Origin: Octopus vulgaris
Lineage: Eukaryota
Assembly: GCA_951406725.2 (NCBI GenBank)
Contig: OX597831.1
Location: 10,168,001-10,232,000 of the forward strand
Direction of reading: 5' to 3'
Length of the DNA: 64,000 nt
A model generated the notes under the pieces. The model was not told where the DNA came from. It worked only from the letters and a program-made list of their open reading frames with translations, and did not search any database. Shown one piece after another: positions 10,689 through 25,066 of this stretch; position 1 is the stretch's first letter, and each line of letters begins with the position of its first letter. The translations under genes and the position numbers were made by a program.

Positions 10689-12423
10689 ATGTATGTATGG
10701 ATGTATGAATGCATATATACATGTTTACATGCATCTGTATATATATATATATATGTGTGTGTGTATATGCATATATATATACAGATGTAGAGACAGGAAG
10801 ATAAACAATTAAATATAGATAGATAGTTGATGGCGTTTCCTTCGAGCCTAAATGCATGTGCGGTTTTAATATAGCTGTCATGTTCACACTAATGTATATG
10901 CAATATTCCTGTATAAGCTAGAAATCGATAGATTAATTTTTAATGCTTATAGACAATGAAACTATAATTTAATAGAAAAGTATTTAAATTAATAACTGCG
11001 TCTCCTCAGGATATTGAGATACTTTCCTGTAAGTCTTACTATTTAGATAAACCGATTAGAAGCAAGATTCTTATAACAATATTAAAAAATTATTTTATGA
11101 TTTAACAACTGGACAACTATAATCATGCAAATCGCAAGAATCGCAGGAATTCTCTAACGAGTATCATGGATAGATACTAGCTGAAATATATATATAGAAA
11201 AAATATTTTGTATTCAAATAAACTAATGTAATTCTTAAAGAGGTAGGTGAAAGCAGTGATATTTTTGCGAATGAATAGATTATGATATAATGAGGGAAAC
11301 ACATTAACTACCGATCTATTGAGATCATTGAGAAACATAATTCTGTTCCAATATCTTCAGCCGCATTGAAATACATCCATCAGCAGACAATGCACTTATG
11401 CAAACAATTTTTAATATCATACCAACTCTGAAATATTTTGAATACGAGCATCTAAACTGCTAGTATTTGATACAATGAACAAAATAGCATACTAAATATA
11501 AAATATGATTTATTATTAATATTATATGGAAGACTAAGGCTGAATTATTTTTTTATTTGCCTGTGTCACAGTCATGCCAATAACGTTGATGTATTATCCT
11601 TCAGGCTACCTATTAACCTCAGTAAACTTCGAAATGGTAAAAAAAAATTAATAGTTAGTCTGCTCGACATTTTCTCAATAAACACTGCTTTTGGAAAGTG
11701 TTAGTTCTCTCTGCTTATCTAAATATGTGTTGAATAACAGCAATTAGAGAGAATTTAACCAAGGTTTTGAATAAAAGACACAATAAGCACAGCCAGGCAG
11801 AAAGAGAATGAGGGAAAATCATTAGAAACCACAGCCATTAAATATTTTTGTACAAAGAGAGTGGTCGACCTAACGCACATACGTTTGCATCACTCGAATA
11901 CTGCTAGAATTCACAAGGATACCTAAAAAAAACATCAGGATCTAATCACGTAGAGCCTAACAGGAGATTAGATATTGTTACTCTGTAGCACTATGCGTCA
12001 GACAAATAAGGTGTTATCTATTGACACGGCATTCATGATTTTGATGGTGCGCTCCATTACGATTCATTTGTGAGTTAAAGAGTCGAAGCATCAAGATAAA
12101 CAACATTTAAAACGTTGGTTGTTTAATATTTAATACAATATCTAACCATTGCCTTCGTGATACGATGAACAAAAAATTGTTTATCAACTCTAAAATTATA
12201 CTAAATTATTAGCATTAACTCATTGGCTTTGATTACTTTTTCTTATTTGTCTGTACGCCATTTTCTATTTTAATGTTTATTCTCAAACAGACTCTCTATT
12301 AAATTCACCAAAACCACCAAGTCATATTCGCCGTGGGTGATTTTGTTTCTCTAAATTGAACCATGCTGGTGAAAATAATCACTGAAGTTTGGTAACTAAT
12401 TTATTAAATAAACCGACAAGAAT

Positions 12424-12661
12424 TACCTATTTCTTTACTACCCGCAAGGGGTTAAACACAGAGAGGACTAAACAAGGACAGACAAGCGGATTAAATCGAT
12501 TATATCGACCCCAGTGCGTAACTGGTACTTAATTTATCAACCTCGAAAGGATGAAAGGCAAAGTCGACCTCGGCGGAATTTGAACTCAGAACGTAACAGC
12601 AGACGAAATACCGCTAAGCATTTCGCCCGGCGTGCTAACGTTTCTGACCGCTCGCCGCCTT
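12424..12661 (-). mobile_element. SINE family A, full length
   Basis: Same head, body and tail as 49172-49398 and 39735-39962. Confidence 0.9.
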
Positions 12662-13219
12662 AACCGAGAAGAATTATCAGAGAATTGCGAGAAACATATC
12701 GGTGAATGCGGACTAGTCCACCCTGGACCGGCACAAGTTACTTTTATAAAAGGTGTCAATAATGAATATTGCATTATTAGAAACTCTAATATGTTTACAC
12801 CAAGTGCTATTTTTGGATATTTTTCCGACTGGCAAAGAGACAATGATGTATTATTTCACTTGTTAACTGAACATGTTGTACGGTAACAATTACCAGTCAT
12901 CGATAATGATCACCCTTTATTACGATGAATGCTCACAACTGGGAACACTGATGTTATCGATCATGTTTCCTACAAGTGAAACCTACTTGTGTTAAGAAAC
13001 AAAGCACACATCCAATTTCCTGCTTCGCATGCCTCTTCCACTTCTTACTTATATAGGAAGCTGATTCCAGTCAGAAGCAATTTCCTGCGTCACATGCGTC
13101 CTTCATATTCTGATACGTAGAAAGATTCCATTTATGAAAATAACTTTGTGTTGACCACGCATTTATTGCAATCCAAACCGTCTGAGAAGAAGGTTTTTAG
13201 ATATCACAGCAATATGGTT

Positions 13220-13380
13220 TGTGATGTGGCCAGAAATTTCGTTCTGATTTTAAGCGAAAATAAGACACATATTTTAAATATAAATTGATTTATTGATCCA
13301 ATGGTTTAATACTCGTTTCATCCCAGTATCTACTACCATCCTGTAGGTACATCCATCATTCCCTGTTCAAAACAAATTGC
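13220..13380 (-). mobile_element. Extra mariner 3'-end fragment
   Basis: A TIR-like gtggccagaaatttcgttctgatttt is followed by sequence paralleling 13420-13500. The minus strand gives a GMMD.PTGW-like transposase C-terminus. Confidence 0.45.
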
Positions 13381-13419
13381 TCTCTCTATGGGCAGAAAAC
13401 TCTTACAGGGGAATTTTTA

Positions 13420-14498
13420 CATCCTTCGGTTTTTTAAAGCGACAATGAGACACAAGTTTTAAACATAAAACGACGTATTCACTTAATAATATAATCATCG
13501 TTTTGTTCCAATTGAAGATCTTCCCATAAAACGTATTTTCTCAAAACCGAAACAGGAGAAAATCTCGAGGCATAATTTAGGGCGAATATGGGTGATACGG
13601 CAAAACTAAATCAAGAGCTAGTAACCTGTGAGCGTCTACAAAGAGGTATGTCGCCTGGCATGTCTGTGATGAAGGACATTGCCTTTATAATTAGCAAATT
13701 CCTCGGAATTCTAGTGGAGCGAGGCATGTAATTTGTTTGGTTGGTCACAGATTGTCTTTCCCGTGGAAAGAAGCTCAGAAAAAACGAACGTTTCCAATCT
13801 CACAAAATTGGAGTTAGTTTATGTTGGATCACTGCATTTTGAAATTCTTTATGGTCGCTCACCGCTCTTACATCATGATCGTTTCCGCTTTACATTGACG
13901 GTACGTTTTTCCTCTCCTGTTATCATTCTCTTTAAAAGAATGGATTTCGTCATTTTCGAAAACCGTTCGGTGAGGTTTGCCTAATGGAATTTGTGTTAAA
14001 CTCAAACATCGACTCTGGTGAAGTAACCAATTTGATTCTGATAGTTTTCAAAAATAGATTTTGATATTTGGGTAATATTTCCGATCACTCTGGTCGTATG
14101 GCGGGTGTTAGAACCGACGAATCCCCTAATTTTGTCTCTTTTAATTTCAGTTGCCTAGTCTTCAAACAAAAATGTTCCCAACTGAAATCTTGAAACGCCT
14201 TTCATGCAAACATGCTCCGAAACAGATTCTCCTCTGTGCAATGCATATTTTCCTGCTAATTTTAGCCACTTTCATGTCTTTTGAAAAATAAACTTATGCG
14301 GCGATTTTGCGTTAGCTTTGGCTTTCCATTTTCCCGAGTACACAATATACAATCAGTGTCATTGCAGTCCAACTACGGTAAAATATCAAGTATGGAAAGA
14401 CTAATTGTGTACAAGGTAGAAACTGAAACCAGCTACTTATAAGATTGCTTGAAGTTTAGTATCAACGAAAACCGAACGGAATTGTTAGCCAACCCATT
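13420..14498 (-). pseudogene. Near full-length decayed mariner element
   Basis: TIR-like taatgggttggctaacaattccgttcggtttt at 14498-14468. Minus-strand motifs are LKRMITGEEK (TGDEKW-like), NVKRKRS*, VLHHRHARR (HDNARPH-like) and LVLPYHPYSP (YSPDL-like). Confidence 0.85.
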
Positions 14499-15807
14499 AC
14501 TTAGAACCTGATTTTAACATTTCTACTCCATGGTTCCCAGGAAATATAATTGCTGTTTCCTTTTCGTTAGTAGCTTTGTCAGAAACAGAGGAGCAATTAT
14601 ATGAAACACGACCATTTTAGCAGGTCCTTTAACGCTGATGTGAGGGCGAGTGAAAGTTACCCACAGTCCAGAATGCTAAATGAACGCAATTATCGGTCCG
14701 ATGGTTTACATTCCCTGAGCACAAGGGCAAACGTCCCTGAAGAATATCAGCGAAGCTTCTGTTCATTATTCTTCCAGCACAATGCAACTTCCGTTGTTTC
14801 AAGCAATGGGCCCACAATTGAAGTCATTTACTGGTGAAAGAGACATCTCAACTATTCAGTGAAACCTACACCTTGTTCTTGGTTCGAATTCATACATTTG
14901 TTGGAAATGTATGTTGTATGAATAAGACAATTAAAATGATCTGTGAATTCCTCGCCGTTTATACATTGTCTTGACAATGAGCCTCAGCTCAAACGTTGCG
15001 CTGGATATGTCCATATTAGACTTCAAATCACGTTCTCTCATGTTGAGAGTTTCATAGTTAAGTAAGATTATGATGTCTATGCCATTTGTGGGTACATCTG
15101 TACTGAATAGAATAATCATTGAAGCTCTGATCTGAAGACATTGTTCTACGTTGTTATAGAAAGGTGAATTTTAAAAATAGAAATTTATGCGTAGACAGAA
15201 AAAAAAAGAAAACAATATGTTAATAATGATATGGCTGAAGATGACATGCATATAAAACAGTTCACCAGTCACAATATATAACCTATAAAATAACCAGTAG
15301 CTTTTATGCCAATTAAAATCAAAATCAATGCTCACCAACATCCCACAGACCAAGGTTGTATCAAACCTACAAGCAATTGCTTATATTGACAGAATATATT
15401 ATCATTTGTTACACATTACGTCAAGAGTTCTGAAAAAAGAATTATAGATTGCTTTCCGATCAATAGATTGTCTATGGTCAAGGCCTTTGGCTCTTGCTGT
15501 GTTAGTAAAGCGAACTGTAAATGGAAGATATTAAAGAGAAAAAGCGATGTATATCTTGTATTTCACAGTTAGATGTTTTGTCCTATAGTTTAGGAAATAT
15601 TTTCTGTATACATTAACCAAACATATAAACAGCCAAGCAAAAAGTCCAACGTTGTTCTTAGATCTATGCTCTGCTTCCGATTTGGGTTCCATATGTTTAC
15701 CTTTGAGCAAATTTTGTCAAAATTCTCCCGCACAAACCGATTACCTTACCTTGTACAATAATGGCGTATATTCCCCATAGGTATTCTCATCGTAGGACGT
15801 TTTAGCA

Positions 15808-16362
15808 ACATCATCATCATTGTTCGACCGAGGTTGAGATAATGGAATTTACTGTGTTACGCCAGACTTCACGGTCCATCATAGCATTACGGAGGTCCTG
15901 TTGCTGGATGCCTGTATCCCTGGAGATTACATCAGGGTAGGAGAGTGTGCGCCCTCTGTCATCGCGAGTTGATGGCTTCCAGAGGAGAAGAGTAGAGATT
16001 ACCTCGTTTTCAGCTCTACAACAATGTCCAGCAAACTGGACTCACCTACCTTTCACAAGAGATGTTACAGGTGGTAGTTTCCCATATATTTGTACTTTGG
16101 TTGGATGACGCTTCCACGAGACATTTTCAGCTCTCATAAGGAGGCGGGTGTAAGTTCCATCCAACCGCCTCTTAAGCTTCTTTGATAACGTCCAGGTTTC
16201 TGAGCCATATAGTAGAATTGGTTCGACTGTGGCTTCGAAGATTTTAAGTTTGAAATCTCTACTTAGATTTGATGACCAGATCTTATGCATGTCATTACAG
16301 GCTGACCAGGCCATACCCTTTCTAGTTAGAAAATCCTTTCCAGATGATGATATGTATGACCC
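15808..16362 (-). mobile_element. 5'-truncated RTE-clade LINE, 3' end
   Basis: Reads GSYISSSGKDFLTRKGMAW...LLYGSETWTL...FAGHC...W, followed by a short (TGA)n tail at about 15820-15808. Confidence 0.85.
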
Positions 16363-18681
16363 TGATTTAGGGGATGAGGCTATTCTAATAATTTCAATGG
16401 TAGATTCTACAGTATTAGTTCCTTATCAGAATATTTGAGAGTTTCTGGTAGTTCAAGCCCTACTTAAGTAGTTTAGAGTAGGTATGGGCAATCTGTTTTG
16501 AGAAGCAGAGCGCATGAAACGTGTCTCATAATCATGTCCGCCCACCGACAACAGTATTCTTGGCAATTTTCTGTTAGGATTGGCATTGAGAAAGTCAGGC
16601 GTGGAATAAGTTATCCATGACTGGTTTAGAGCATGTATCGATTCCATTGATGATTTAAATTGATTTTTAAATACAGTAAATCATTCTAATTATGTACTAA
16701 AGTGTATAACCAATGAACTAACAGAGTGCTTATTTATTGAATGCACATTTATTGCCATATTAAATGCTACAAAACTTTGTCTATACTTTTCATTAGATAT
16801 ATATTTATGAAGTACATTTCATACAGAATTAATGTTTTGGAATATTCTGAAGAACTCATACGGATAGTTTAATATGGGACAATTATATGAAGAACCCATT
16901 GTAATCTGTATATCTGTATTTCATATGCAACAATAGGTTCCTGCATAATGACAGGGTGATTTGATTTCACTACCATTCTAGGAGTGTCATGGTCTCTTTA
17001 TGATACGTATTTCATTTGTGGCTATATTTGTACCGACTTTAATAGTTTCTACTGCTTTCATTGGATCTAAATATTAAATGTTACATTTCAACTCGATGTT
17101 TATTGAAGGTACTTTATTGTGATGCGAGATGAGACTGTTCAACCGATGCTCCACACTGCAGCATTGCAAAATTAACAAATGATCGGATCATGAGTCGGTT
17201 AGATTATTCCTTGCTAGAAATATATAGTCCCGTTTAGATAAACTTACTACGAAAATACCGGATACAGCGGAATTCTTAAGTAGTCATACATGATATAAAG
17301 AAAAATATACAAATTCCTTTTCTATTTTACATTTTAAAGAAAATGAATTATTCAAATTGCTCAATTACGTAATTAGAATAAACAGAATTAAACCTGAACT
17401 GATGTCTATTAAGTTTCTATATGACAAACGTCACTTAAGCTTAAATCGGCGTTCCATTACGAAAAATACCAGCAATTAGAGATAATGACATTTTCAATGA
17501 GAAAATAGATATGAGGTCAGAGTAATGTTAATGGATGATGTTAATGCCAATAGGGAAATTGGCATTGTTGCGAAGTCAGCAAAGATAGTAATAATGAATT
17601 CCACTACACTATTTTGGTTTGATATTGACTGGTCCTGAAACTCTTGCTAACCTAATCTACATTATCTGATTGCAGAGGAATGATGGAACGGTGTTGCCTT
17701 TGTTGCATTACTGACAGAGGAAGGCAGTTTAATTGGACTCCAGTAAAAAGGAGAGAAATCGCTTTCTATGATATAAATGATCAATCTAAGCTAAGAGGAA
17801 GAAAGGCAATTATATAGAAGATGTTTAAATATTTCTTCGGAGGCAGAAGCCTGGCAGATCATTATCAGCAACGGAAAAATCAACCTCGTTTCCCTTTTTA
17901 CTAATAATACAGTCATTCTTTTCAACCTACATATATGTACTATTGATGGGAATGAAATGAACTTAAAGATAATATGTTATTGCAGCTATTATTGTTGTTG
18001 TGTCTCGCAGCAGAATGCAAATTTAAGAGAGCAAAATATGGCATATGTTTAAATTGTAAAATACAATTTTATGGTTCACACATACTGACACATGTACTAA
18101 TAGATCAAAATCTACGAAGAGCCCTCAAAGTGGTCATTAGAATTACTAGAAATAGCCGCCAAAGCACACTTTCAAGCGAGCTTTAGTGATTTAAGCATGG
18201 AAAGGATAGCATCTTCCACTATACCTTTGTCAGAATAAAGCTCCAGATGGCCACTGCTAGAACGAAATTGCACATAGGTCTTATCGAACGGGGATTTATA
18301 AAATAAGTACCAGCTGAGCAATGGGGTCGATACCATCGACTTAGGCCCTCCTGCAAAATTTGAAACCAGCATTTCGTTATTTGCCACGATCGGGTGATCG
18401 ACCATCGAAAATGAGTGAACGTTGTTCACTGTATTTTACATAAAACTATTGATTTCTATAATTTGTTCAGAGTTCCGTTCGTAGGTTCTTCTTATTGATA
18501 AAACACATCTAGCTTGAAACATCGATTTCTGGAAATCCTGAGAGATGGCGACACTTAATAGCGTGTTTTCAAACCGTTTTACAATAAGAGAAATATTTTC
18601 TCTACGGTAACCGTTGTGAATTTGCCTTTTAGCAGTTGAAATATGTGATGCACATATTTTAACTAAGCTATATTTTGCACG

Positions 18682-18830
18682 TCTATTATATAAAATCCGT
18701 TCTGTCTGTTTGTCTGTGTGTCTTCTAGGATCTCAGGCACCCTCCATCCGATTGCGCTCAAAGTTGATATGTAGATACCGACGGTATCAGGGCGTGTATT
18801 AGTCTTGAAAAAATTACAAAAATTGATTCC
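18682..18830 (+). mobile_element. Probable non-autonomous Helitron 5' end
   Basis: Starts TCTATTATATAAAA, then (ctgt)-like repeats and atctc...ccgattgcgctcaaagttg, a layout typical of Helitron/HINE 5' ends. No CTAG 3' end was located. Confidence 0.5.
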
Positions 18831-19233
18831 AGGTGATAATGCAATCGATAAAGCCGTGGAATCGTACATTTGTACGCGCAAGTACATTAAAAAAGTCTAT
18901 CTTTATTTCTTCCTTTGCTGGTGTTTCAAATTTAGGTTAATTCAGTGTTTCTCAAAATGGGACGGTCGGACAAGTTGTTTTGAGAAAATTTGGTTTAAAT
19001 GTTTGACAACTCAGCATCGTCCATTGGACGGGAGGGGGTGCGTTTTACTCGTATAAATATATAATGAGTACACTCGATCAGAATGACAGAAGTTGGGACT
19101 AACATAAAAGCCTAATCAGTTATGTCGACAAATTTTGAAACATTTTATATTGGATAGTCTTGAATATTCTGAATCTTTAAGAAAACTATTTTGTCTGGAA
19201 GCGAATAATATAAGAAATATTTACACCAAGAAG

Positions 19234-19448
19234 ACGGCGAGCTGGCTGAACCATTAGCGCCTCGGGCGAAATGCTTAACGGTATTTCGTCAGCCGTTACG
19301 TCCTCAGTTCAAATTCCGCCGAGGTCGACTTTACCTTTCATTAATTTGGGGTCGATAAATCAAGTACCAGTTGAGTATTAGATCGATCTAATCGACTAGC
19401 CCCCGTCCCCATAAATTTAGGGCCTTGTTCCTAGAGTAGAAAATAATA
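19234..19448 (+). mobile_element. SINE family A, short-tail variant
   Basis: Head ggcgagctggctgaa, body cgaggtcgactttacctttcat, tail gggccttgttcctagagtagaaa. Confidence 0.85.
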
Positions 19449-20789
19449 TTTACGCCAAGGCTTAGCATATTCGCCTACCACAAATTCGTCGAAAATTAAG
19501 CCTTGTGTTGCCAGAAACCCCGATGCATAAAAGGGTTATATCCTTTCTCAAGTGCTTCTACTGCTACCACCATGATCTCTGCCACTAAAACTGATTGGTC
19601 TCATACCAAATCTATTTCCAAATCGCAGACTCCTATTCCCAGTCAACCATATCGTAGCCATCGCCCTATATGCCTGAATGCTTAACGCAATCCTTTCGTC
19701 CCAGCACGTCGCACATCCACGTTCACCTGTCTGCGATGTCTCTTTTGAAATACGACTCACCATTTCAAGAAAACGTTAACCTCACAGATTTCTCTGATCT
19801 CCAAACGTCCGCAGAGGCTATGTGCGTAATGATGTCCAAACTCAACAAACATAGGTTAATACACTAATTAATGAGCAATTAAAATATGCATACATTATAA
19901 ATGGAAATATAAAAATCAGCATCAGTTGGTAAACTGCATTTCTTTCCCTGAATGAATATCGATGCCGGATCGCCTGATATGTCAACTTAGATATGTCATG
20001 CGTTTAATGAGTTACTGTCTTCCATGTTTTTCGTAAAACTGTTTTATAAGACTATCATTTTAATTACTCAATGATTGAAGACTAAACCGATCTAATGTAG
20101 ATTCTAAAATCTCCAGCAAATGCAGATTATAATATGAGCTATTTTTGTTAACTACTCTCCAAGGTGGGTGTTTAAGAAAAACAAAATAAAAAAACAACAA
20201 AAAACAATGATTAATAATGTTATACTGCTTTATTTGTATGTAAACAGAAAAATAATAAAGCTGGCAAAAGCCTGAAGCAACAGGATGACAGTTAATCTAT
20301 GATGCGGACACTTTGGTAAAATGCGGTTGAGGAAATAAAATCGAAACCAAATCCATTTAATCATACACTAGAGATCATGCAGGAAAAACACAATCCGATT
20401 AAGTTGTATAAGTATATGATAAGTAAGCAAGCGTAGCAATAAAATTATAAACACAACTTTCATGAACATCCCGAGCAACAACGGAAACATCAGAGGAGAC
20501 ATTTGAAGAGGTATGTAATAATGACAATAGCAACGACAACAACTGGAATAATGTTGAATATAAAAAAAGGAAACGGGATTTTTTTTTTTTTTGTTGTACA
20601 AGAATTGTGATAATAACATGAAAAAAGGAAATAGCAGAAACCCATAACAGGAACCATAATAAAAGCTACATGAAATATAACACAATAATAACATGTGTAA
20701 CTAATGTATAGAACAAACAATAAATGATAAGAAAAGAAAACTCTTTTAAGCTGTTTGTAATTATGGAATGGAGACCCTCTACACACACA

Positions 20790-20846
<57 letters not shown>

Positions 20847-21150
20847 GGCAAACCAGAATTACCAAAAAAAAAAAAATAGAAGAAAATGGTAAAAGGACAG
20901 CATTAGAATTTGTATGGAAGTAGTCGTTTCACCTCTCGATTAATGTATATAAGTGGAAAATCGATTTCCTTTGAACATGCACAAAGCGCAGGATTGTTCG
21001 TAAGAAATAGATATTGTGTGTTTAATCGACCCTAGAAATTATTTATTCTTATACATAAGAAAAAGAAAGGCTGACTATCGTAATACTGGAATTCAAAATA
21101 TTGAGCTAACGAACGAGACTTTATCTTTGCCATGATGCCATCGCACTCAC

Positions 21151-21285
21151 CTTTCCATGAAGAAAGTTATCGTTTCCCCATACTGGAATCGTAATTGGTG
21201 GGGACATATCATTAGTTGATCATTATCCGAAGGGGTTAGGGTTGTGTCAAGATTTTCCTCGATGGAAAGTCGTTGATAAAACAAA
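21151..21285 (-). other. Candidate isolated exon (135 nt)
   Basis: Acceptor tttgtttatttaag and donor AAG/gtgagt. The length is divisible by 3 and only one frame is open. No homology was recognised. Confidence 0.25.
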
Positions 21286-21586
21286 CTTAAATAAACAAAT
21301 GTAAGTTTACAATGTTTATAATCGATAAGCTTCCTCATCAGAATGTTTGATTATAGCAAATACGGTTTCCTTTTAAAATTCAAACACTCACAATTTGTTT
21401 GCTCAATGCAATCAATCGTAAAGGCAAATGCATTTTGCTGTTTATTAATATGAGGAAGTTGAAGAAAGACATGGCTCTGAGACACCAGCAGAGCGTTTCA
21501 TCCGACATAACGATCGTTGAATAACATAAGTTGTCGAATCATTGCCCCATAATAATGGAGCAATACAGCATATTGTTGATATCACC

Positions 21587-21745
21587 ACAGGCGTGGCTGT
21601 GTTTTAAGATTGCTTCACAACCACGTGTTTCCGGGTTCAGTCCCGCTGCATGGCACCTTGGTCAAGTGTCTTCTACTATAGTCTCGGGCCGACCAAAGCC
21701 TTGTGAGTGGATTTGGTAGACTGAAACTGAAAGCAGCACGTGGTA

Positions 21746-21843
<98 letters not shown>

Positions 21844-22050
21844 CATGGACGTGTGTATATATGCATATATATATATATATGTTTGTGTGCCTGTGTTTGT
21901 TCCCCCACCATCGCTTGACAACCGATGTTGGTGTGTAACTTTGCGGTTGGGCAAAAGAACCCGATAGAATAAGTACTAGGCTTACAAAGAATAAGTCCTG
22001 GGGTCTATTTCTTCGTCTAAATGCGGTTCTCCAGACTGAAGCAAATAAAA
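21587..22050 (+). mobile_element. SINE family B (tRNA head, CORE-like segment, internal microsatellite)
   Basis: caggcgtggctgtg...tggcaccttggtcaagtgtctt...(TA)n(TG)n...cgcttgacaaccgatg...gaataagtcctgggg. Confidence 0.9.
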
Positions 22051-22384
22051 TAATCTAAACGATAGACATTTTGAATTCAAACACGCGATATTTCCTAGAT
22101 CCGTGGAATTTAGGAATCATAAGCGCGGAACATACTTCGTCTTGACCCGAAACAATAAATGCACAGTATATGCAAAGACACTTAATATCGTTACAAGCAT
22201 CAATACTCTCTTAGCCAGCACTTTTAAAACCACTCATTCTTTCACAGATGGTACCATCTGTTATTAATCTCTAAAGCTCCACACATAAGCTTTATTCACA
22301 TGCAACTTAGACAAGTCTTTCCAAATCGATATTTCATTTATGTAAAATAGGCCATGTTTATGTTTCGTATTTTGTCAAATTCCA

Positions 22385-22682
22385 TTAGTTAGTTAGTTAG
22401 TTAGTTAGTTAATTTGGCTCAAAAGCAAATAGCAAGGCCATGTAGGGGGACATGGAGTTAAGTACAGGGTGGTGTTCATGTAAAGAGTTCAGGCCACTTG
22501 AGGTCAAGGGAGGCTTTGAACAAAGCGGTCGTCGGCATCTTCACCATCTCGTCTGGCAGCTTGTTCTACGGATTCGCAACCCGGACGGAGAAAGCTCCTC
22601 TCCTTCGATTGAGATGAAATCGTCGCAGGTAGAGCTTTTCGGAATGACCCCGCAGCCGACGCTCTGGAGCAGGAATAAAGAA
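22385..22682 (-). mobile_element. 3' fragment of a CR1-like LINE with (TAAC)n tail
   Basis: Minus strand reads RLRGHSEKLYLRRFHLNRRRGAFSVRVANP*NKLPDEMV...FKASLD. The tail gttagttag is at 22385-22410. Confidence 0.85.
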
Positions 22683-24227
22683 TCAGTGCAATGAATGCAA
22701 ACGTCAGATCGTACTACAAATTTTCCATCCCGTCCGGTACACATGTACGAAGCCAATTAGAACGTAGCAGACTACTTCGCATATTAGACCTCCTCATCTT
22801 GAGAGATCTCCTTGCAAATGAACATCTAAGTAGCAGTTGATGCATCTCGGAGGAGATAGTAATTCCTTTTGAGAGACGGGAAATGATTGGGCTTTCTACA
22901 AAAGAAGTCTACGACTAAAGGCCTTCAATAAAAGAAGTGTACGACTAAACGCTCAGATAAGAACCCCAGGCGGTACATTTTCGCACAACTGTTATGCACT
23001 GACACTACAATAATATTCGTGATGGTATCTAATGATATGCAAGCCAATAAATTTTCAAGAAAGCTGCACATAAACAAATTCAAATCTCTTGACTGAGAAC
23101 GGGCCGTTTACCTTCTCAGACATCTTTGCTGCGAATACTGCGTAATATACTCCTCTGGCATGCTGAAACTCGTATTATCTATGCACAGACTACCCAAGTT
23201 TTAATCCCTTCTTCTTATTTCGTCATCAATATTGTGTTCTCATCTGTATGTGAAAGTCTGCAAGGATTAACGTCCCTGCTTATTCATCCAGATGAAAGTA
23301 ACTAAATCATGGTTGTAACGAGAGCAAAAGTTTACACAATATAACAACACGCTGAGGGCGATAGAGAAATATAGAGCCAGAGATTCTCATATCCATTCGC
23401 CTGTAATTCCATAAGTTTTATATTGGATGAATAAATAAGAAAGACAATATCAGAGCAAAATCTATAATAAAATTCTCGAAGAATCCGATGAATGTATAAG
23501 AATTTTCATATAGGATTCTTTGATCCTCAGCTATTCCGGCACAGGATTATCGATTGAATATACAATGCTGCATTATATCATTTGGCTAAAAGAAAATCGG
23601 TATTTGTCTCTCAATATGATAATGGGTGTAATGGAGGGGAAAGAATGCGGCCTTCAATTTCTGCTGGGATTTAGACTTAGCGGTCGTATCTGAAATTGCA
23701 ACACATTTAGAGTAAAGTATGATACACCTTGTATACCGTACCAAACCATACACACACAGAAACACATATATGTACATATCGAAAATGGAACAACTATTTT
23801 CTTTTACACATCAATTTCTTTGATATTTCAACAATGAAACTGCAAACTACCATTATCTTTTAAGGATTTCCTTAATCCTTCGATCAAAGAACTGCTAACC
23901 TCTAGTATATTTAACATTGGACACTCCATAATTCTTCGATGATCTGGTAACTACTAATATCCTTGATTAAAGATATTCCTTATTATTTCTCTCTCCCGCC
24001 GAAATCGGAAGAGTGAGCTTAGGTGCAAATATGTACATAAAGGCATACACTCTACAGTCTGAGCTACACTAGAAACAGCTACACTAGAAAGAGCTGTAAC
24101 AGAATTTACATAATCCCGTGTGTATATAAGTATCCTGTACGATGCTTGAAATATGAATTAATTGTTCTGAAGTGAAAACCTATTTTACTTGCGTATATAT
24201 GTGTGTGTATGCAATATATAATATTCG

Positions 24228-24636
24228 TTTATTTGTTTCAGTTATTTGACTGTGGCCATGCTGGAGCACCGCTTTCAGTCGAGCAAATATTCGTTTTAAG
24301 CCTAGTTCTTATTCTATCGGTTCTTTTACTGAATCGCAAAGTTACGGGACGTAAACACACCAGCATCGGTTGTCAAGCGATATTGGTGGGGATGGAGAAC
24401 AAACATAGACACACAAACATATACATATATATAAATATATGTACATATATATATATGTTATATATATATATGCAACGGGCTTCTTTCGGCTTCACTCAAC
24501 TATATCCACTCACAAGGCTGTAGTCGGCCCGAGGCTATAGTAGAAGACACTTGCCCAAGATGCCACGCAGTGGGAGTGAACTCGGAATCATGTGGTTGGG
24601 AAGCAAGCTACTTACCTCACAGTCACTCCTGCGCCT
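24228..24636 (-). mobile_element. SINE family B
   Basis: Reverse complement of the copy at 60278-60692. Confidence 0.9.
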
Positions 24637-24693
24637 ATAACATTTTCATATTACTTATCAATTTATCTATATATATATATATATATATAAGTT

Positions 24694-25066
24694 GAGGCGC
24701 AATGGCCCAGTGGTTAGGGCAGCGGACTCGCGGTCATAGGATCGCGGTTTCGATTCCCAGACCGGGCATTGTGAGTGTTTATTGAGCGAAAACACCTAAA
24801 AGCTCCACGAGGCTCCGGCAGGGGATGGTGGTGATCCCTGCTGTACTCTTTCACCACAACTTTCTCACTCTTACTTCCTGTTTCTGTTGTACCTGTACTT
24901 CAAAGGGCCGGCCTTGTCACTCTCTGAATATCCCCGAGAACTACGTTAAGGGTACACGTGTCTGTGGAGTGCTCAGCCACTTACACGTTAATTTCACGAG
25001 CAGGCTGTTCCGTTGATTCGGATCAACCGGAACCCTCATCGTCGTAATCCGACGGAGTGCTTCCAA
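24694..25066 (+). mobile_element. SINE family C, full length, inserted in (TA)n
   Basis: tRNA-like A box (tggcccagtgg) and B box (ggtttcgattcc), a non-tRNA body, and TA tracts on both sides. Confidence 0.85.

Noticed and set aside
24694-24770. tRNA gene
   Set aside because: A and B boxes are present but continue into a repeated SINE body with no proper acceptor stem. The same applies to the family A and B heads.
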